The notes beneath the pieces are model-generated. The model did not search any database and was not told where the DNA came from. It was given only the letters and a program-made list of their open reading frames with translations. The position numbers were made by a program, and so were the translations under genes. From the NCBI GenBank assembly GCA_965226375.1, contig CBDDCX010000007.1, forward strand, positions 288,001-352,000: a stretch of 64,000 bases of DNA, given 5' to 3'. This stretch comes from Longimicrobiales bacterium (lineage in GTDB: Bacteria > Gemmatimonadota > Gemmatimonadetes > Longimicrobiales > Gaopeijiaceae). Below, piece after piece: positions 61,189-64,000 of the stretch; position 1 is the stretch's first letter; each line of letters begins with the position of its first letter.

Positions 61189-61500
61189 ATGAGTCGTGCG
61201 CGCATTCCGACGACCGTTGTGGCGCGCTTCCACTACCGTCACGAGGCGGAGCTCGCCCACGGGTACCTCGAGGACGCGGGGGTGCCTACGGCGTTGTTTA
61301 TCGACGACGCCGGCGGAATGGATGTGGGCTTGGCGTTCGTGAACCCTGCGCGCGTGGTGGTCCGCGTCGAAGACGAGAAGCGAGCACGCGAAGTGCTGAC
61401 CGACGTGGGGATGTTGACCGACGGTGAGGGTGATCCCGAAGTCGACTCCGACTCAGATCTACAGTTCGATCTCCAGGAGGACATGCGGGAGGAATCGTGA
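61189..61500 (+). CDS. DUF2007-like putative signal transducing protein
   Basis: EAELAHGYLEDAGV...VVVR.ED...AREVL pattern. Confidence 0.75.
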   Translation: MSRARIPTTVVARFHYRHEAELAHGYLEDAGVPTALFIDDAGGMDVGLAFVNPARVVVRVEDEKRAREVLTDVGMLTDGEGDPEVDSDSDLQFDLQEDMREES

Positions 61501-61510
61501 GCTCCGTGCG

Positions 61511-61810
61511 TTGATTGGCTGCGTGAGGGCGGCCCCCCGCTTTGCGACGCGTCTCGCCGTCAGCGCTCTGGTGTTTTGGCTGTTCTTGCATGGGGTGGCC
61601 CAAGGTGTGGGCGTTTCCCCCGGTTCGTGGGCATCCATGGTTTGGGTCTCGGCGATCGGGTCTTTTCTCGTGATGGTCGACGCCCGCCAGCTCCGATATC
61701 GCATCTTTCTCGCCAACCTCGGCGTTTCCCGCCTCGAGATATGGTTCGCCGGCTGGATCGTTCTGGCCGGGTGCGAGGTGCTCCTCCAGGTCGCGCTCCT
61801 CTTCTTGTGA
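61511..61810 (+). CDS. Small membrane protein (start uncertain)
   Basis: Three hydrophobic segments with FLANLGVS; its stop overlaps the ATPase start. Confidence 0.55.
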   Translation: MIGCVRAAPRFATRLAVSALVFWLFLHGVAQGVGVSPGSWASMVWVSAIGSFLVMVDARQLRYRIFLANLGVSRLEIWFAGWIVLAGCEVLLQVALLFL

Positions 61811-62535
61811 GCCACTTCTTCACAGCCCAGTCCCTGGGAAAGAGCTTCGGGAGGCTCGAGGTGCTCAAGGGTGCGAGCCTGTGGGGCAGTGCGGGGGGCG
61901 TCACGGCTCTGCTGGGGCGGAACGGATCCGGGAAGACCACGCTTCTCGAGTGCGCCTTCGGCTTGACGCGGGCTGACTACGGGGTCGTGATGGTGGGGGA
62001 GCACGCCTTCGAGCGTCCAGCGCCCCATCGGTTGGCCCGTCTCGGGGTCTTCTATCTTCCGGAGCGCGATCTGCTGTCGCCAGCACACACGGTTCTGAGG
62101 CATCTGCAGGTCGCCGCCCGGGCTCCCGGACCCGCGTCACGCGGCCGGGCCACCGCGCCTTCCGGCGACCCACTCGCGATCGCGGAGCGCATGGGCATCG
62201 CGGAGATCCTCTACCAGAGGTGCTTCCAGATTTCGGGTGGCGAGCGAAGGCGGGCCGAGTTGGCCATCGCTTTCTTGCGTACCCCGTTGTGCCTCCTCGC
62301 CGATGAACCCTTTGCCGGGATCACACCGACGGATAGAACGGTGATCGCGGCCGCCCTGCGCGAGCTCGCGGAGCGGGGTTGTGCCGTTGTCATAACGGGA
62401 CATGACGTGGACGACGTATTGGCCGTGGCCGACACCGTCACCTGGATGGCGGCGGGGACCACTCATCAGCTCGGCGCGCCCGAAGAGGCTCGTCGCCACG
62501 ATCAGTTCGTGCGCGAGTATCTGGGGTCTCGCTAG
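61807..62535 (+). CDS. ABC transporter ATP-binding protein (LptB-like)
   Basis: GRNGSGKT, ISGGERRR, LADEPFAG and ITGH. Confidence 0.9.
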   Translation: MSHFFTAQSLGKSFGRLEVLKGASLWGSAGGVTALLGRNGSGKTTLLECAFGLTRADYGVVMVGEHAFERPAPHRLARLGVFYLPERDLLSPAHTVLRHLQVAARAPGPASRGRATAPSGDPLAIAERMGIAEILYQRCFQISGGERRRAELAIAFLRTPLCLLADEPFAGITPTDRTVIAAALRELAERGCAVVITGHDVDDVLAVADTVTWMAAGTTHQLGAPEEARRHDQFVREYLGSR

Positions 62536-62634
62536 ATGCACCGTGCCTCTTCAAAAGGCCTCTGGTTCGGGGCGCGGCCGGCCTGGCCACCGCCTCGGGT
62601 GGGCCAGGCCCGGCCAGCGCTCCTAGGATCGCTC

Positions 62635-63555
62635 CTACGGCGTCGCCGAGCTGTTGAACTCACCGATGAACTGGAAGAACGTGACCACCTCCACCATGTC
62701 CTGGGCCACGAACCCGACGGTGTGAGCGTCCACGCGCTCGACCATGGGGAGATAGCTCAACACCTCGGCCGGCATGTAACTCTTGAAGGTGAGCTCTACC
62801 TCGATGGGACCTTCGAAACGATACGGCTCCAGCTCGTCGAGGCGCTCGATTCCCCGCGTGACTTTTTCACTGATGAGTGCGTACGCTGCCTCAGGCATGA
62901 GGGTGCGGGCCGAGTGGAAGCCGTAGCTCCACTTTACCACGGCGCCCTCCATGTCACCGATGAGAGCCTGCGCCTCTTCAACGATGGCGTCATCTCCCGA
63001 GATCATGACGATGGGCACCCCGAAGTGCCCCGCGAGAGCCGCGTTGATGCCGGCTTCGGGCATCTCGATTCCGTTGATCCTCACGGCCGCGTAGTTCCCA
63101 CTGGACATCGTGTGTGCCCGGACACCGCGCGGGTTGGTGGTGCTCGAGTGGTAGGCCAGGAAAATGGCGGCGTCGAAGGTCTCGTCGATGCCCTGCATCA
63201 TGCCCAACCTGCGGGGCCATGCGCGGACCAGCGTGATGTCGCTGGGTAGCCTGTCCATGAGGAGGTTCTGGCCGTTTCCGTGTGAGTCGGCCACCACGAT
63301 CTCGGTGGCGCCCGCGGCCCGGGCGGCTTCGATGGCGGCGTTCGTCTCGTTCGTCATGAACTCACGGAAGCGCTGATACTCGAACCCTCCCGGTCCGAGC
63401 TGCTCGCTGGTCACCGCCCCTACTACACCCTCCATGTCGACGGAGATGTGAACCTTCAGGCCGTCCTGGGCTGCTCCCTCGGCCGTCTGGAGCGTCACTG
63501 CGGCGAGAGCGAACAGCGTCGCCAACACCGTCGATCCGATGTACGACTTCTTCAT
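62635..63555 (-). CDS. M55 family D-aminopeptidase (DppA-like) with signal peptide
   Basis: ISVDMEG, VADSHG, AHTMS and SGDD. Confidence 0.92.
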   Translation of the reverse strand: MKKSYIGSTVLATLFALAAVTLQTAEGAAQDGLKVHISVDMEGVVGAVTSEQLGPGGFEYQRFREFMTNETNAAIEAARAAGATEIVVADSHGNGQNLLMDRLPSDITLVRAWPRRLGMMQGIDETFDAAIFLAYHSSTTNPRGVRAHTMSSGNYAAVRINGIEMPEAGINAALAGHFGVPIVMISGDDAIVEEAQALIGDMEGAVVKWSYGFHSARTLMPEAAYALISEKVTRGIERLDELEPYRFEGPIEVELTFKSYMPAEVLSYLPMVERVDAHTVGFVAQDMVEVVTFFQFIGEFNSSATP

Positions 63556-63591
63556 GGTCTGCCTCATTGGATGTCTCACGAACTGGTTGTC

Positions 63592-64000
63592 TCACTTGAT
63601 GAGCAGGATTCTCGAATTCACCGGGTATAGCCACTCGACTCCACGCGCCGTCACGATCGCGTCATCCTCGAGGGGAATGCGTGCCTTGGCTCCACCCCAT
63701 TCAGGGATGCTGGTATACGCGAACAGCTCGATCGAGAACAGGTTGCCCGGCTTTACTTCGTAAGTCATACGGACCGGGTTGAACCAGGCGATGGATGGCC
63801 CGACACCGTGCCCGAGATTTCCCACCGAGTGGTTGCCGGTAATGACGTCCGTCACGGCGGGGTCATCCGAGGGTTCATTGAACGTTTCCATGACGCCGAA
63901 ACCCGCTCCGGAGAGGGCCTCCTTGATGAACTCGAAGTTGTCTCCGGCGGTGAGGCCGGGCTTGATCGTGTTCTTGATCACGGTCCGAGCCTCCACGCCC
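63592..64000 (-). CDS. M24 (Xaa-Pro) peptidase, C-terminal part (5' partial)
   Basis: HSVGNLGHGVGP, FSIE and LEDD metal-ligand pattern. Confidence 0.8.
   Translation of the reverse strand, partial: GVEARTVIKNTIKPGLTAGDNFEFIKEALSGAGFGVMETFNEPSDDPAVTDVITGNHSVGNLGHGVGPSIAWFNPVRMTYEVKPGNLFSIELFAYTSIPEWGGAKARIPLEDDAIVTARGVEWLYPVNSRILLIK

Overview
GC-rich bacterial chromosomal window, probably Gemmatimonadota (inferred from gene order and protein style, not from a database search). It is mostly + strand housekeeping genes: pepA, yicC-gmk-rpoZ-coaBC-udg-dnaB-ispD-tsaC-LMW-PTP-aroE-comF-gap...pgk-tpiA-secG, a 2-oxoacid dehydrogenase/lipB cluster, rnhA, carA, HU, an ECF sigma/anti-sigma/Spy-like trio, moaDEA, mdh-sdhCAB, an RND efflux operon, a molybdopterin oxidoreductase operon and peptidases. 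The most interesting items are: (1) a stand-alone ~345-nt, hairpin-rich non-coding transcription unit (sigma70-type promoter to intrinsic terminator) between lipB and rnhA that resembles no housekeeping RNA I recognise; (2) a three-gene insertion between gap and pgk (zinc-ribbon protein, ECF sigma factor, and a 937-aa anti-sigma-like/TonB-C/TPR-like/GWxTD-like fusion); (3) an AhpD-family selenoprotein (CxxU plus SECIS-like hairpin) that the ORF track splits in two; (4) a Tat-less DMSO-reductase-family enzyme with an FeS-NrfD fusion, chaperone and SulP; (5) a MITE-like element, deletion scars (E1-alpha, FKBP/TetR), frameshifts and many tandem micro-duplications. I saw no rRNA, tRNA or CRISPR array.
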